DNA of 64,000 nt from contig USGK01000001.1 in NCBI GenBank assembly GCA_900554175.1, forward strand, positions 47,309 through 111,308, in the 5' to 3' direction. This stretch comes from an uncultured Clostridium sp. (GTDB lineage: Bacteria; Bacillota; Clostridia; TANB77; CAG-508). Positions within the stretch are counted from its first letter, which is position 1. Each line of letters opens with the position of its first letter. Below the pieces are notes generated by a model. The model had not been told where the DNA came from and ran no database searches. It saw only the letters and a list, made by a program, of their open reading frames with translations. The position numbers were made by a program, and so were the translations under genes. This document shows, one piece after another, positions 27,755-37,664 of the stretch.

Positions 27755-28360
27755 CTATATTAATAAATCAATAACAGATTTTATAACAATATCAGTCATA
27801 ATATTATAATTTATTTCTTCATGTTTATGATAAACAATTTCATGACATAAATCATCAATCAAGTGTAAAGAAATGTGAACACGTTCGGTTAAATTATCTG
27901 GTCTAAAACCACTATTTAAAAGTATTTTAACAATTGAATTTGTTATATATATTTCATATTCTCTGAAAAATTCTGCAATTTCTTTATCAGAGTGAATCAT
28001 TGCAGTTATTTCTTCATGAGCTTTTTGTGACATTATGTGATTTTTAGTGAATTTCATAATCATTTTATTTAATATAGAATTTATATTAGCAGGGTCAATA
28101 ATAGTGTTTTGAGCAACATTTAACATAGGATAAAAAATACTTGTTGCATATTTTTTTATGCCAACTAATAAAATATCATGCTTGTCATTGAAATACTGAT
28201 AGACTATGCCTGTAGAAACTCCTGCAGCTTTTGCTATTTCAGCAGTATTAGTGTTGTGATAACCCTTTTCACAAATTAATTCAAAACCCGATTTTATTAT
28301 TTTTTCTTTTTTTTCAATAGAACGCTTTTGAGTAGGTTCTCTTATTTCATTTTCAGCCAT
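27755..28360 (-). CDS. TetR/AcrR-family transcriptional regulator
   Basis: Start moved to the ATG at 28360 (GGAGGAA SD). HTH: GYHNTNTAEIAKAAGVSTGIVYQYFNDK. Confidence 0.9.
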   Translation of the reverse strand: MAENEIREPTQKRSIEKKEKIIKSGFELICEKGYHNTNTAEIAKAAGVSTGIVYQYFNDKHDILLVGIKKYATSIFYPMLNVAQNTIIDPANINSILNKMIMKFTKNHIMSQKAHEEITAMIHSDKEIAEFFREYEIYITNSIVKILLNSGFRPDNLTERVHISLHLIDDLCHEIVYHKHEEINYNIMTDIVIKSVIDLLI

Positions 28361-28391
28361 TATAAATTCCTCCATAAATTTCCTAAAATTA

Positions 28392-28512
28392 ATTATAATA
28401 TCAAAAAAATAAGATGTCAAGAAAAAAATATGAAAAAAAGTTCATATTAATATTGACATTTGGATTTTATAAAAGTATAATACAGAAAAAAATATGAAAA
28501 AAAATTCATATT
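28392..28512. promoter_or_regulatory. Divergent consensus promoters with two identical palindromic operators
   Basis: Plus strand: TTGACA 28453-28458, 17 nt, TATAAT 28476-28481. Minus strand: TTGACA (complement of 28415-28420), 17 nt, TATAAT (complement of 28392-28397). Operators are AATATGAA-N6-TTCATATT at 28427-28448 and 28491-28512. Confidence 0.8.
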
Positions 28513-28543
28513 TTAAAATAAAAAATTGGAAAGGAAAAAAGCC

Positions 28544-29254
28544 ATGGAAAAAATAGTAGAATTAAAAAATGTTAGTAAAACATACAAAATAGGAGAAAAT
28601 GAATTTAAAGCTTTAGATAACATAAATCTATCTATAAACAAAGGTGAATTAGTGGTAATACTTGGACCTTCTGGTGCAGGTAAATCAACACTTTTAAATT
28701 TAATAGGAGGAATGGATAAAGTTACAAGTGGAAATTTAATTGTAGATGGAGAAGACATTTCAGAGTATAATGAAAAAGAGCTAAGCGATTACAGAGCTGA
28801 AAATATAGGTTTTATCTTTCAATTTTATAATATTTTACCAACATTAACAGTTTTAGAAAATGTTGAAATTGTCAAAGATATTGTGAAAAATGGATTGAAC
28901 CCAAAAGAAGCATTAAAAGACGTAGGTCTTGAAAAACATATGTCTAAATTTCCTAATCAATTATCTGGAGGTGAACAACAAAGAGTGTCAATTGCTAGAG
29001 CAATTGCTAAGGATCCAAAGTTATTACTTTGTGATGAGCCAACTGGAGCACTGGATTCTAAGACAGGAGTTGAAGTATTAAAACTTCTAAAGAAACAATG
29101 CGATAGAAATGATGGAAGAAATACAGTAATTATAGTTACTCATAATAGTTTATTTGCAGAAATCGCAGATACAGTAATAAGAGTAAAAAATGGAAAAATT
29201 GAAAGTGTAATACAAAACCAAAATCCTAAAAAGATTGATGAGGTGAAATGGTAA
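28544..29254 (+). CDS. ABC transporter ATP-binding protein (MacB/LolD-type)
   Basis: [40 protein letters not shown]. Confidence 0.93.
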   Translation: MEKIVELKNVSKTYKIGENEFKALDNINLSINKGELVVILGPSGAGKSTLLNLIGGMDKVTSGNLIVDGEDISEYNEKELSDYRAENIGFIFQFYNILPTLTVLENVEIVKDIVKNGLNPKEALKDVGLEKHMSKFPNQLSGGEQQRVSIARAIAKDPKLLLCDEPTGALDSKTGVEVLKLLKKQCDRNDGRNTVIIVTHNSLFAEIADTVIRVKNGKIESVIQNQNPKKIDEVKW

Positions 29255-29255
29255 A

Positions 29256-31673
29256 ATGAGTAGATTAAATAAAAAAATATTAAGAGACATTAGAATAAAT
29301 AAATCACAATTCATCAATATTTTTATAATGGTATTTCTTGGAATTTTTGCATTTTCAGGAATACATGGATATATGGATGGAATGGATTTAAGTGCATCAA
29401 AATATTATGATGAATATAATTTACAAGATTTGTGGATTAGTGGAAAAAATTTTAATGAAGATGATTTAAAAGATGTAAAAAACTTAAGCAATGTAAAAGA
29501 TGCAGAAAGATTATTGAGTATAAGATGTGATTTACAAAACTTTAATGATGTTGTGATTGAAACTAATTTTTTAGAGACAAATAATATTTCAAAAATGTAT
29601 GTAGTTAATGGAGAAGAATATTCGAAAGATAAAGAAGGAATATGGTTTGATAAATACTTAGCAGATAACTTAGGAATTAAAGTAGGAGACGAAATATCTT
29701 TAAAATATGAAGGATATATTATAAAAGAAAAAGTTAAAGGTTTAGTTGAAACTCCAGATCATGTATACATAACAAAAGATGAAACTGCTATATTTCCAAC
29801 ACATAAAGATTTTGGATTCGCATATCTATCTATTAAAGAATTTCCAAAAAATTATATTTTAGATGAAGCGAAAAAAAATATTATAGCAGAAAACGCAATG
29901 GCACAAATGTTATTTGATAACTCAAGCGATTCGACAGAAGATATAATTAAATCAATAATTTCAGATTTTAAAATAGAAGATTATTATGTATTTAATCAAA
30001 TAATTGTGGATGTTGATGATACAACAAAAGTAGAAAATGTAAAAGCAGATATCGAAAATAACATAAAATCTGCAATTGCAGTAACAGACAGAACTTCGTG
30101 TGCATCATACCAAGGATATCAATCAGAGGTAGAAGAAGGAAGAACATATTCTAAAGTATTTACATTTCTATTTTTATTTATAGCAATGCTATCGGTAATT
30201 ACAACAATGAATAGATTTGTAAAGAAACAAAGAACACAAATTGGTACAATGAAAGCTTTAGGAATAAAGAAAAGAAAAATAACATGGCATTATATAAGTT
30301 TCGGATTTTGGATAAGTTTAATATCTGCAATTTCAGGAACTATTTTAGGAGCTATATTAATAGGAAATGGCTTTCTAAATATGGAGATGACTTATTTTGA
30401 AATACCAGAATATTCAATTGCAATTGTTCCAGAAGTATATATTTTAGCCATTATTGTAGTTATTTTAATCACTTTTATAACATATTTATCATGTAGAAAA
30501 ATACTAAAAGAACCAGCGACAGAAGCATTAAGAACAGAGATTCCTAAGGTTAAAAACACAAAGTTTGATATGACTAAAGGTATTTTTAAAAATGCATCGA
30601 TATCCACAAAATGGAATTTAAGAGATATTGCTAGAAACAAAGGAAGAAGTTTAATGGCAATAGTTGGAGTAATTGGATGTACAATGCTTGTTGTATGTGC
30701 ATTAGGAATGCTAGATACAATGAATGCCTATTTATCGTGGCAATTTGATACTATTTGTAATTTTGATTACAAATTAAACCTTTCAAATGAATATAGCGAT
30801 GAACAATATAATGATTTGATATTAAAATATGGGGATAAAACAAGCGAAACAATAGGAATAGAATTTAAAGATGGAAATAATAAACAGGCAAGCACAATAA
30901 CAGTAAATGATGCTAAAGATTACTTAAATGTAACAGGACATAGTAGAGAAAAAATAGATTTATCAGATGATGGCATATTTATAACAGAAAAAATGTCAGA
31001 TAAATATAATTTAAAAATTGGAGATGAAATTACTTGGCATAAATTTGGAGAAGATACATGGTATACATCAAAAATTACTGGATTAAATCGTGATCCACAG
31101 TCTCAAACAATTTCCGCTTCCAAAAAGTATATTGAGTCAATTGGAGTAAACTACAAAGCTGATTCGATTTATACAAATGAAGATTTAAAAGATGTGAAAG
31201 AACTATCAGGAGTAAATACTATTCAGAGCAAAGATAATATAAAAGATGGAATGAATAGTATGGTTGCAACAATGAAAATGTTGATAGTTTTATTAATTAC
31301 TTTGTCAGCTATTCTAGGATTTGTAATAATTTACAATTTAGGAATACTTTCATTTGGTGAAAAACAATACCAATTTGCTACATTAAAAGTATTAGGATTT
31401 AAAGATAAACAAATAAAAGATATATTTATAAAACAAAATATATGGCTTGCATTGGTTGGAATAATCCTAGGATTACCACTAGGATATTTAATGACAGATT
31501 ATATATTTAAGGCAGCTCTTGGAGATAATTATGACTTCGCTGCACAGGTTAAATTTTTCTCATATTTATATGCCTTCATTGGAAGTTTTATTGTTACATT
31601 TTGTATAAATAAAATTTTATCTAAGAAAGTTAAGACGATAGATATGGTAACAAGCTTAAAAGCCAATGAATAG
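29256..31673 (+). CDS. FtsX-family ABC permease with two FtsX modules (805 aa)
   Basis: Starts 1 nt after the ATPase stop. Two TM bundles (around aa 290-410 and 680-800) are separated by large extracytoplasmic domains. GTMKALGIKKRKI and ATLKVLGFKDKQI are FtsX signatures. Confidence 0.9.
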   Translation: MSRLNKKILRDIRINKSQFINIFIMVFLGIFAFSGIHGYMDGMDLSASKYYDEYNLQDLWISGKNFNEDDLKDVKNLSNVKDAERLLSIRCDLQNFNDVVIETNFLETNNISKMYVVNGEEYSKDKEGIWFDKYLADNLGIKVGDEISLKYEGYIIKEKVKGLVETPDHVYITKDETAIFPTHKDFGFAYLSIKEFPKNYILDEAKKNIIAENAMAQMLFDNSSDSTEDIIKSIISDFKIEDYYVFNQIIVDVDDTTKVENVKADIENNIKSAIAVTDRTSCASYQGYQSEVEEGRTYSKVFTFLFLFIAMLSVITTMNRFVKKQRTQIGTMKALGIKKRKITWHYISFGFWISLISAISGTILGAILIGNGFLNMEMTYFEIPEYSIAIVPEVYILAIIVVILITFITYLSCRKILKEPATEALRTEIPKVKNTKFDMTKGIFKNASISTKWNLRDIARNKGRSLMAIVGVIGCTMLVVCALGMLDTMNAYLSWQFDTICNFDYKLNLSNEYSDEQYNDLILKYGDKTSETIGIEFKDGNNKQASTITVNDAKDYLNVTGHSREKIDLSDDGIFITEKMSDKYNLKIGDEITWHKFGEDTWYTSKITGLNRDPQSQTISASKKYIESIGVNYKADSIYTNEDLKDVKELSGVNTIQSKDNIKDGMNSMVATMKMLIVLLITLSAILGFVIIYNLGILSFGEKQYQFATLKVLGFKDKQIKDIFIKQNIWLALVGIILGLPLGYLMTDYIFKAALGDNYDFAAQVKFFSYLYAFIGSFIVTFCINKILSKKVKTIDMVTSLKANE

Positions 31674-31691
31674 AAAATAATAGAAACTAGA

Positions 31692-31720
31692 ACTGTCAAA
31701 TTTTTGACAGTTTTAATTTT
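31692..31720 (+). terminator. Terminator after the ABC permease
   Basis: ACTGTCAAA / TTTGACAGT, then TTTTAATTTT. Confidence 0.8.
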
Positions 31721-31836
31721 ATAATAGGAAAGTTATACAAGTTTAATGAAATAACCAAAAAAAGTTATGTCAATACAAATAAACCAAAAAAGCTATATTT
31801 TTTTGGCTTAAAAATACTAAGATTAAGTTAAAAAAA

Positions 31837-32085
31837 TTAATTTTCCTTATAAATGTGATGATAGCCTCTCTTTGAAACATAATCAATAGGAACACACTTA
31901 TCGAAGTTACATTTTGAACAAATTGTATAAGGAGGAGTAGAAATAGGTAATCCATTCCATGCATCTTCTTGTTCAAATTCTAAAACAGCTTCAATTGGTG
32001 CATCAAATTTGTATTTACATTTTGGACAGATGTAAGCAACTGTTTGACCACTTAATTTAAATGGAAAAGAGTCAAAATCAAACAT
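31837..32085 (-). CDS. Zinc-ribbon protein (82 aa) coupled to the IS91 transposase
   Basis: Start moved to the ATG at 32085 (GAGG SD, 11 nt after the transposase stop). Two CxxC pairs: CPKC ... CSKC. Confidence 0.55.
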   Translation of the reverse strand: MFDFDSFPFKLSGQTVAYICPKCKYKFDAPIEAVLEFEQEDAWNGLPISTPPYTICSKCNFDKCVPIDYVSKRGYHHIYKEN

Positions 32086-32095
32086 ATAAAAAACC

Positions 32096-33358
32096 TCATT
32101 TCGAATTAATACAGAGGACAAAATTCATTTTAGTATCACATTTAGGACAATTATAAGGATCTCTATCAAAATTTAATAAAATATTAGCTTGATGATTAAG
32201 AAGAGATTTTCTAAAATTTCTACAATGTTGTTTTATTAAAGGAACCATTTTTGAGTGCAAAGAATGTTTTTTTCTATAAAAACCATAATATCTAATTATT
32301 TTAAATTGAGTTGGCAATAAATGTCTTAATAAAATCATAATAAATTGAGAAGCTGGTAATGTAATTTTATGACATATATTATCTTTATGGTCAATATAAG
32401 AAAAAGTGACATTAGAGCCATCATAATTAATAATTCTATTTTCACTAATGGGAACTCTTCCGCAATATCTAGTAACATATTCAATACCCGATTTTAAGTC
32501 TTTAAATTTTTTAGGTTCAGCATAAACATAGAACCCCTTAGAATATTTTCGATAAAGAGAAGATTTTTCTTTATCAAAAGATTTACCCAATTCTTTCGAA
32601 AGTATATCTAAAAGAATTTTTTGAAAACGAAAAGAAAGGGCATTATAGTCAAAGAAATTCCAAGGCATACATGAGTTATTATTACCTAATTTTATTTCAG
32701 CAATAAGGATATGAATATGAGGATTCCATTTTAAATCTCTACCAAAAGTATGAAGGAAAGCAAAGAAACCAGGAGTGTATTTGATTCTAGAAGAATACTT
32801 TTTCAAAATTCCTTTTTTATTCTTTTTAAAAGATTCATTAAGAATAGAATAAATAGTATCTCTAACAGCTTTAAAGAGAAGATTAATTCTATTTTCAAAG
32901 GGAAAGAAAAAATATTTTCTAAGTTGTTCAGGAATAGTAAAAACAATTTGTCTGTGTTGACAATTGTATGCAGTTTGTAAAATGTTTTCGACCCTTTGAT
33001 TCTTGTATTTGTATCCACAAGAAGAACAAAAACGTGATTTGCAGGTGTGCCCAACAAAAATAATGTCATGACAAAGAGGACATTCATAAACAGAACAACC
33101 CAAGTTTTTATTATAACAATCAATAATTTTTTGAATTTCTTGAGAAGCATTAGGGCGACAACGATCAATAATATCTTTATTATTTGAATAAGTAGTAGCC
33201 CAATGGTCTTCAAAAATTGAAGCAATAACACCAGTAGTTTTAAATGAATTATAATTTTTATTTAAAGAACCATCATCATTAAAACAATTAGCAGTATAAG
33301 TTCTAGAATTATAGAATTCAAAAAAATCATTTTCATTAATAGTCTCTATACTTTCCAT
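32096..33358 (-). CDS. IS91-family transposase (HUH, two-tyrosine rolling-circle type)
   Basis: 420 aa. N-terminal Zn-binding CPLCHD...HTCKSRFCSSCG, HTFGRDLKWNPHIHILIAE (HUH), YVTRYCGRVPISENRI (YxxRY), C-terminal CPKC. Confidence 0.85.
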   Translation of the reverse strand: MESIETINENDFFEFYNSRTYTANCFNDDGSLNKNYNSFKTTGVIASIFEDHWATTYSNNKDIIDRCRPNASQEIQKIIDCYNKNLGCSVYECPLCHDIIFVGHTCKSRFCSSCGYKYKNQRVENILQTAYNCQHRQIVFTIPEQLRKYFFFPFENRINLLFKAVRDTIYSILNESFKKNKKGILKKYSSRIKYTPGFFAFLHTFGRDLKWNPHIHILIAEIKLGNNNSCMPWNFFDYNALSFRFQKILLDILSKELGKSFDKEKSSLYRKYSKGFYVYAEPKKFKDLKSGIEYVTRYCGRVPISENRIINYDGSNVTFSYIDHKDNICHKITLPASQFIMILLRHLLPTQFKIIRYYGFYRKKHSLHSKMVPLIKQHCRNFRKSLLNHQANILLNFDRDPYNCPKCDTKMNFVLCINSK

Positions 33359-33522
33359 ATTTTCCTCTAAATAAGATTATACAAAAAAAGAGTTGCGTTA
33401 GCAACTCTCAAAGGAAAAATTTATTTTTCCTATTTTTTACTTTAGTATTGAAATAACAAAAAAATTCTGTTAGAATATATTCAAAAATAAATAGGAAAAT
33501 ATAAGAGAAAGGAAAAAAGAAT

Positions 33523-35814
33523 ATGTTAGAATTAAAAAACATACAAAAAAGTTACAAAACCAAAACACTAAATCAACATGTTTTAAAAGGAGTAAATTTA
33601 AAGTTTAGAAAAAATGAATTTGTAGCAATATTAGGCCCTTCAGGTTCAGGAAAGACAACTCTTTTAAATATTATAGGAGGTTTAGATCAATATGATGAAG
33701 GAGACTTAATAATAAAAGGAAAGAGTACAAAGAATTTTAAGGGAAAAAATTGGGATTCATATAGAAATAAATCAGTAGGATTTATCTTTCAAAGTTATAA
33801 TTTAATTTCACATATGAATGTATTAGATAATGTAGAAATGGGAATGACATTATCTGGAAAGAAACCAAAATATAGAAAAAAGAAAGCTATAGAATTATTG
33901 GAAAAGGTAGGTTTAAAAGAACATATTCATAAAAAACCAAATCAATTATCAGGAGGGCAAATGCAAAGAGTTGCCATTGCAAGAGCATTGGCAAATGACC
34001 CTGAAATTATTCTAGCAGATGAACCTACAGGAGCTCTAGATTCAAAAACAAGTGTACAAATCATGGAACTAATAAAAGAAATATCAAAAGATAAACTAGT
34101 TATAATGGTTACGCATAATGCAGAACTTGCAGAAAAGTATGCAGATAGAATAATTAGAATGAAAGATGGTGTTTTAGAAGAAGATACAAATAAAGTAGAC
34201 GAAAATGAAGATACAAATTGTGAATATAAACTAAATAAAACATCAATGAATATTTTTACAGCAATACATCTAAGCTTAAATAATATTAGAACAAAAAAAG
34301 GAAGAACATTTTTAACAGCTTTTGCATCATCGATAGGGATAATTGGTATTGCTTTAATATTATCATTATCAAATGGATTTTCAAAGCAAATAGAAATATT
34401 TGAAGAAAAAGTAGCAGATGCTATGCCAATTGTGATTACAGAAGATAGATTAAGTAATGAAACTATAAAGGCAGAAATGTCAATGGATGAAAATGAAGAT
34501 AGCTTTACAGATTCAAAAGAATTAAAGATTGAAGGAAAATCAAATGTTAAAACAAATAATATATCAAAAGAATATTTAGAATACTTAGAAAAAATGCCAA
34601 CAGAGTATTTATCAAGTATAAATGTGGACTACAGTCTAAAATATGGTATGAATATCATAAAAAAAGACAATGATAAATATTCTGCTGCTACAAGCGAAGA
34701 AAAAGAACTTTTGGCTCTAATGCCTTCAAAAGGATTTAAGGACAATTCTGTTACAAAATTAATAACTGAATATTACGATGTTTTGCAAGGAAAATTACCA
34801 GAAAATAAAAATGAAATAATATTAGAAGTTAATAAAGATAATACTATTAATAAAGACGTTTATTCGCTTTTAGGTATAAAAGAGGATAATGTATCTTTTG
34901 ATGATATATTAAATAAAGAAATAAAAATTGTATTTGATGATGATTTTTATAAAAAACAAGGTGATTATTTTATTTTTAAAAATATTGATGAAGAAATGTA
35001 TAATAATGAAAATAATTTAACTTTAAAAGTTGTTGGAATAATAAGAGTCAAGAAAGAAAAATCAAATGTGACATCAGGAGGAACAAGTTTATATTATACA
35101 AATGAACTTCAAAATTATATAATTGAAAAAAACAGTAATTCTGAAATTGTAATTGCACAAAAAGATAAAAATTATAGTATCTTAACAGGAGAAAAATTTG
35201 AAAATGATGTAGCTAAAAACCAAATGTTATTATACTTTGGAGCACCAAAAAATCCTACAAAAATATTGCTATATCCAAAAGATTTTGAAACAACGTCGAA
35301 TTTAATAGATTATTTAAATAAATATAATGAAAACAAAAAAGAAGAAGATAAAGTAACATATTTAAATCAAGCAGAGCTAATAGATGAAACATCAAATGGG
35401 ATAATGGATGGAATAACAATAGTTCTTGTTGCCTTCTCTAGTATATCATTAGTAGTTTCTTCAATAATGCTTGGAATTATAACATATATAAGTGTTTTAG
35501 AAAGAACAAAAGAAATAGGAGTATTAAGAAGTTTAGGAGCAAGAAAAAAAGATATAAGAAGGGTTTTCAATGCTGAAACTTTAATAATTGGAATGATATC
35601 AGGTATACTTGGAATTTTAATTGCATATTTATTTACTTTTCCAATTAATAGCATAATATTTGAAAAAACAACACTTGAAAATGTTGCAGTTTTAAATCCG
35701 ATTCATGCAATAATGTTAATAGCAATTAGTATGTTATTAACACTAATAGGTGGAGCTATTCCAGCAAATATTGCATCGAAAAAGGATCCAGTTAATGCTT
35801 TGCGTACAGAATAA
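33523..35814 (+). CDS. Fused ABC ATPase-FtsX permease (MacB architecture, 763 aa)
   Basis: [37 protein letters not shown]. Then one TM, a large extracytoplasmic domain, and a C-terminal FtsX bundle with GVLRSLGARKKDI. Confidence 0.9.
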   Translation: MLELKNIQKSYKTKTLNQHVLKGVNLKFRKNEFVAILGPSGSGKTTLLNIIGGLDQYDEGDLIIKGKSTKNFKGKNWDSYRNKSVGFIFQSYNLISHMNVLDNVEMGMTLSGKKPKYRKKKAIELLEKVGLKEHIHKKPNQLSGGQMQRVAIARALANDPEIILADEPTGALDSKTSVQIMELIKEISKDKLVIMVTHNAELAEKYADRIIRMKDGVLEEDTNKVDENEDTNCEYKLNKTSMNIFTAIHLSLNNIRTKKGRTFLTAFASSIGIIGIALILSLSNGFSKQIEIFEEKVADAMPIVITEDRLSNETIKAEMSMDENEDSFTDSKELKIEGKSNVKTNNISKEYLEYLEKMPTEYLSSINVDYSLKYGMNIIKKDNDKYSAATSEEKELLALMPSKGFKDNSVTKLITEYYDVLQGKLPENKNEIILEVNKDNTINKDVYSLLGIKEDNVSFDDILNKEIKIVFDDDFYKKQGDYFIFKNIDEEMYNNENNLTLKVVGIIRVKKEKSNVTSGGTSLYYTNELQNYIIEKNSNSEIVIAQKDKNYSILTGEKFENDVAKNQMLLYFGAPKNPTKILLYPKDFETTSNLIDYLNKYNENKKEEDKVTYLNQAELIDETSNGIMDGITIVLVAFSSISLVVSSIMLGIITYISVLERTKEIGVLRSLGARKKDIRRVFNAETLIIGMISGILGILIAYLFTFPINSIIFEKTTLENVAVLNPIHAIMLIAISMLLTLIGGAIPANIASKKDPVNALRTE

Positions 35815-35882
35815 TTGAAATTAGACATTTTGATAGTATCATTCAAAATGTCTAAATTTATATTATAAATAAGGAGGATAAA

Positions 35883-37646
35883 ATGAAAGAAAAATACGAT
35901 TGGAATCTAGAAGACATTTTTAAAACAAATGATGACTTTGAAGAAAATCAAAAAAAATTATCAGAGATATTAAAGAATATTGAGAAATATCAAGGTTCTT
36001 TAAATACATCGGACAAAATTTATGAATGTTATAATTTATATGAAAAAGCTTTAGAATTATATGAAAAAGTTTATGCATATGGAATGCTTAAATATCACTT
36101 AAATATGGCAGAAAGCGAAAATATAAAATTGTATAAAAAAGTACAAAATATAGGTGCAGAATTTGAAAAAGCTACAGCTTTTATAACACCTGAAATTACA
36201 AATATAGATGAAGAAATATTAATGAAATTTATTAAAGAAAATAAAAAATTATCAAGATATGAAAGACTTTTAAAAGAAATTATTGAAGATAAAAAACACA
36301 TTTTGAGCAAAGAAGAAGAAAGTATATTAGCAAATTATTCTGAAGTTTTTAGTAGTATGGAAAACACATTCGATACACTCACCAATACAGAATTTAAATT
36401 TGGTGAAATTATTATGGAAGATGGCTCTAAAAAAGAAATGACAGATGCAACATATACTAAATTTTTAAAAAATAAAAATGAAAATATAAGAAAACAAGCA
36501 TTTGAATTAATGTATAGTAAATATAGCGAGTTTTTAAATACAATTTCTGAATTATATTTATCAAGAGTTAAAGAAAGTGTGATTACTGCTAAAATTAGAA
36601 AATATAAATCATCATTAGATATGGCTGTTTTTCATGATGATTCAACTATGAAAGTATATAAGTCATTAATAGATGCAGTTCATAAAAATTTAAATGTAAA
36701 TCATGAGTTCCTTAAATTAAAAAAAGAATTATTAAAGCAAAAAGAAATGCATTTATATGACATATATGTAAATCCTATAGAGTTAAAAGATGAAGAGGTA
36801 AAATTTGAAGAAGCAAAAAATCAAGTAATAAATAGTTTAAGTGTATTAGGAGAAAACTATATAGAAAAAATAATAGAAGCTTTTGATAATTCATGGATAG
36901 ATGTATATGAAAAACCTAATAAAATGGGTGGAGCCTATAGTATGGGAGTATATGGAATTCATCCATTTGTATTAACAAATTTTATATATAATAAAAGAGA
37001 TATAAGTACAATAGCACATGAGCTTGGTCATGCAATGCATTCTTACTATTCGAATAAAAACCAAAATGTATTAGATAGTAGTTATACAATAATGGTTGCT
37101 GAAATAGCATCAACTACAAATGAAATTTTACTTGCTAAATATCAAATGAATCATGAAAAAGACAAAACAAAAAAAGCAGAAATTATTTATGAATTATTGG
37201 AGATGATAAGGGCTACATTATTTAGGCAAGCAATGTTTGCAGAATTCGAGGAAAAAGTACATTCAAAAATTGAAAAAGGAGATATGTTATCATCAGACGA
37301 TTTAAATAATATTTATTATAAATTAAATGAAGATTATTTCGGAAAAGATACTGTAATAGATGAACAAATAAAATATGAATGGGCAAGAATACCACACTTT
37401 TATACACCATTTTATGTTTATAAATATGCTACAGGAATATCTGCAGCAATAGTAATTGCGAACAATATTTTAAAGAAAAAAGAAGGGTATGTAGAAAAAT
37501 ATATTGATATGTTAAGTAGAGGATGTACAAAAAAATCTGTAGAATTACTTAAATTAGTTGATGTAGACCTAGAAAATATAAAAACTTATGAAGGAGCAAT
37601 AGAATTTTATAAAGAATTAATAGAAGAATTAAAACGAGTAATTTAG
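35883..37646 (+). CDS. pepF: Oligoendopeptidase F (M3B)
   Basis: 587 aa. HELGHAMH zinc motif, typical PepF length, and a C-terminal EWARIPHFY block. Confidence 0.92.
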   Translation: MKEKYDWNLEDIFKTNDDFEENQKKLSEILKNIEKYQGSLNTSDKIYECYNLYEKALELYEKVYAYGMLKYHLNMAESENIKLYKKVQNIGAEFEKATAFITPEITNIDEEILMKFIKENKKLSRYERLLKEIIEDKKHILSKEEESILANYSEVFSSMENTFDTLTNTEFKFGEIIMEDGSKKEMTDATYTKFLKNKNENIRKQAFELMYSKYSEFLNTISELYLSRVKESVITAKIRKYKSSLDMAVFHDDSTMKVYKSLIDAVHKNLNVNHEFLKLKKELLKQKEMHLYDIYVNPIELKDEEVKFEEAKNQVINSLSVLGENYIEKIIEAFDNSWIDVYEKPNKMGGAYSMGVYGIHPFVLTNFIYNKRDISTIAHELGHAMHSYYSNKNQNVLDSSYTIMVAEIASTTNEILLAKYQMNHEKDKTKKAEIIYELLEMIRATLFRQAMFAEFEEKVHSKIEKGDMLSSDDLNNIYYKLNEDYFGKDTVIDEQIKYEWARIPHFYTPFYVYKYATGISAAIVIANNILKKKEGYVEKYIDMLSRGCTKKSVELLKLVDVDLENIKTYEGAIEFYKELIEELKRVI

Positions 37647-37664
37647 GGAAATTCCCTAAATTAC
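37638..37664. terminator. Hairpin overlapping both convergent stop codons
   Basis: GTAATTTAGGG-AAATT-CCCTAAATTAC. Confidence 0.6.

Larger units (their letters stand above)
31770..33440 (-). mobile_element. IS91-family insertion sequence (ends not defined)
   Basis: Contains an intact HUH/Y2 transposase plus a coupled small ORF. Hairpins at both flanks (31779-31808 and 33389-33410). Boundaries are approximate. Confidence 0.55.

Noticed and set aside
28513-28758. Minus-strand 81-aa ORF overlapping the ABC ATPase start and operator 2
   Set aside because: It is antisense to the Walker A region of a clear ABC ATPase, so it is an artefact.
32750-33231. ORFs 32750..32980 (+) and 32803..33231 (-) within the IS91 transposase gene
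   Set aside because: They overlap the 420-aa transposase frame, which carries the Zn-finger, HUH and YxxRY motifs. The alternative frames give low-complexity peptides.
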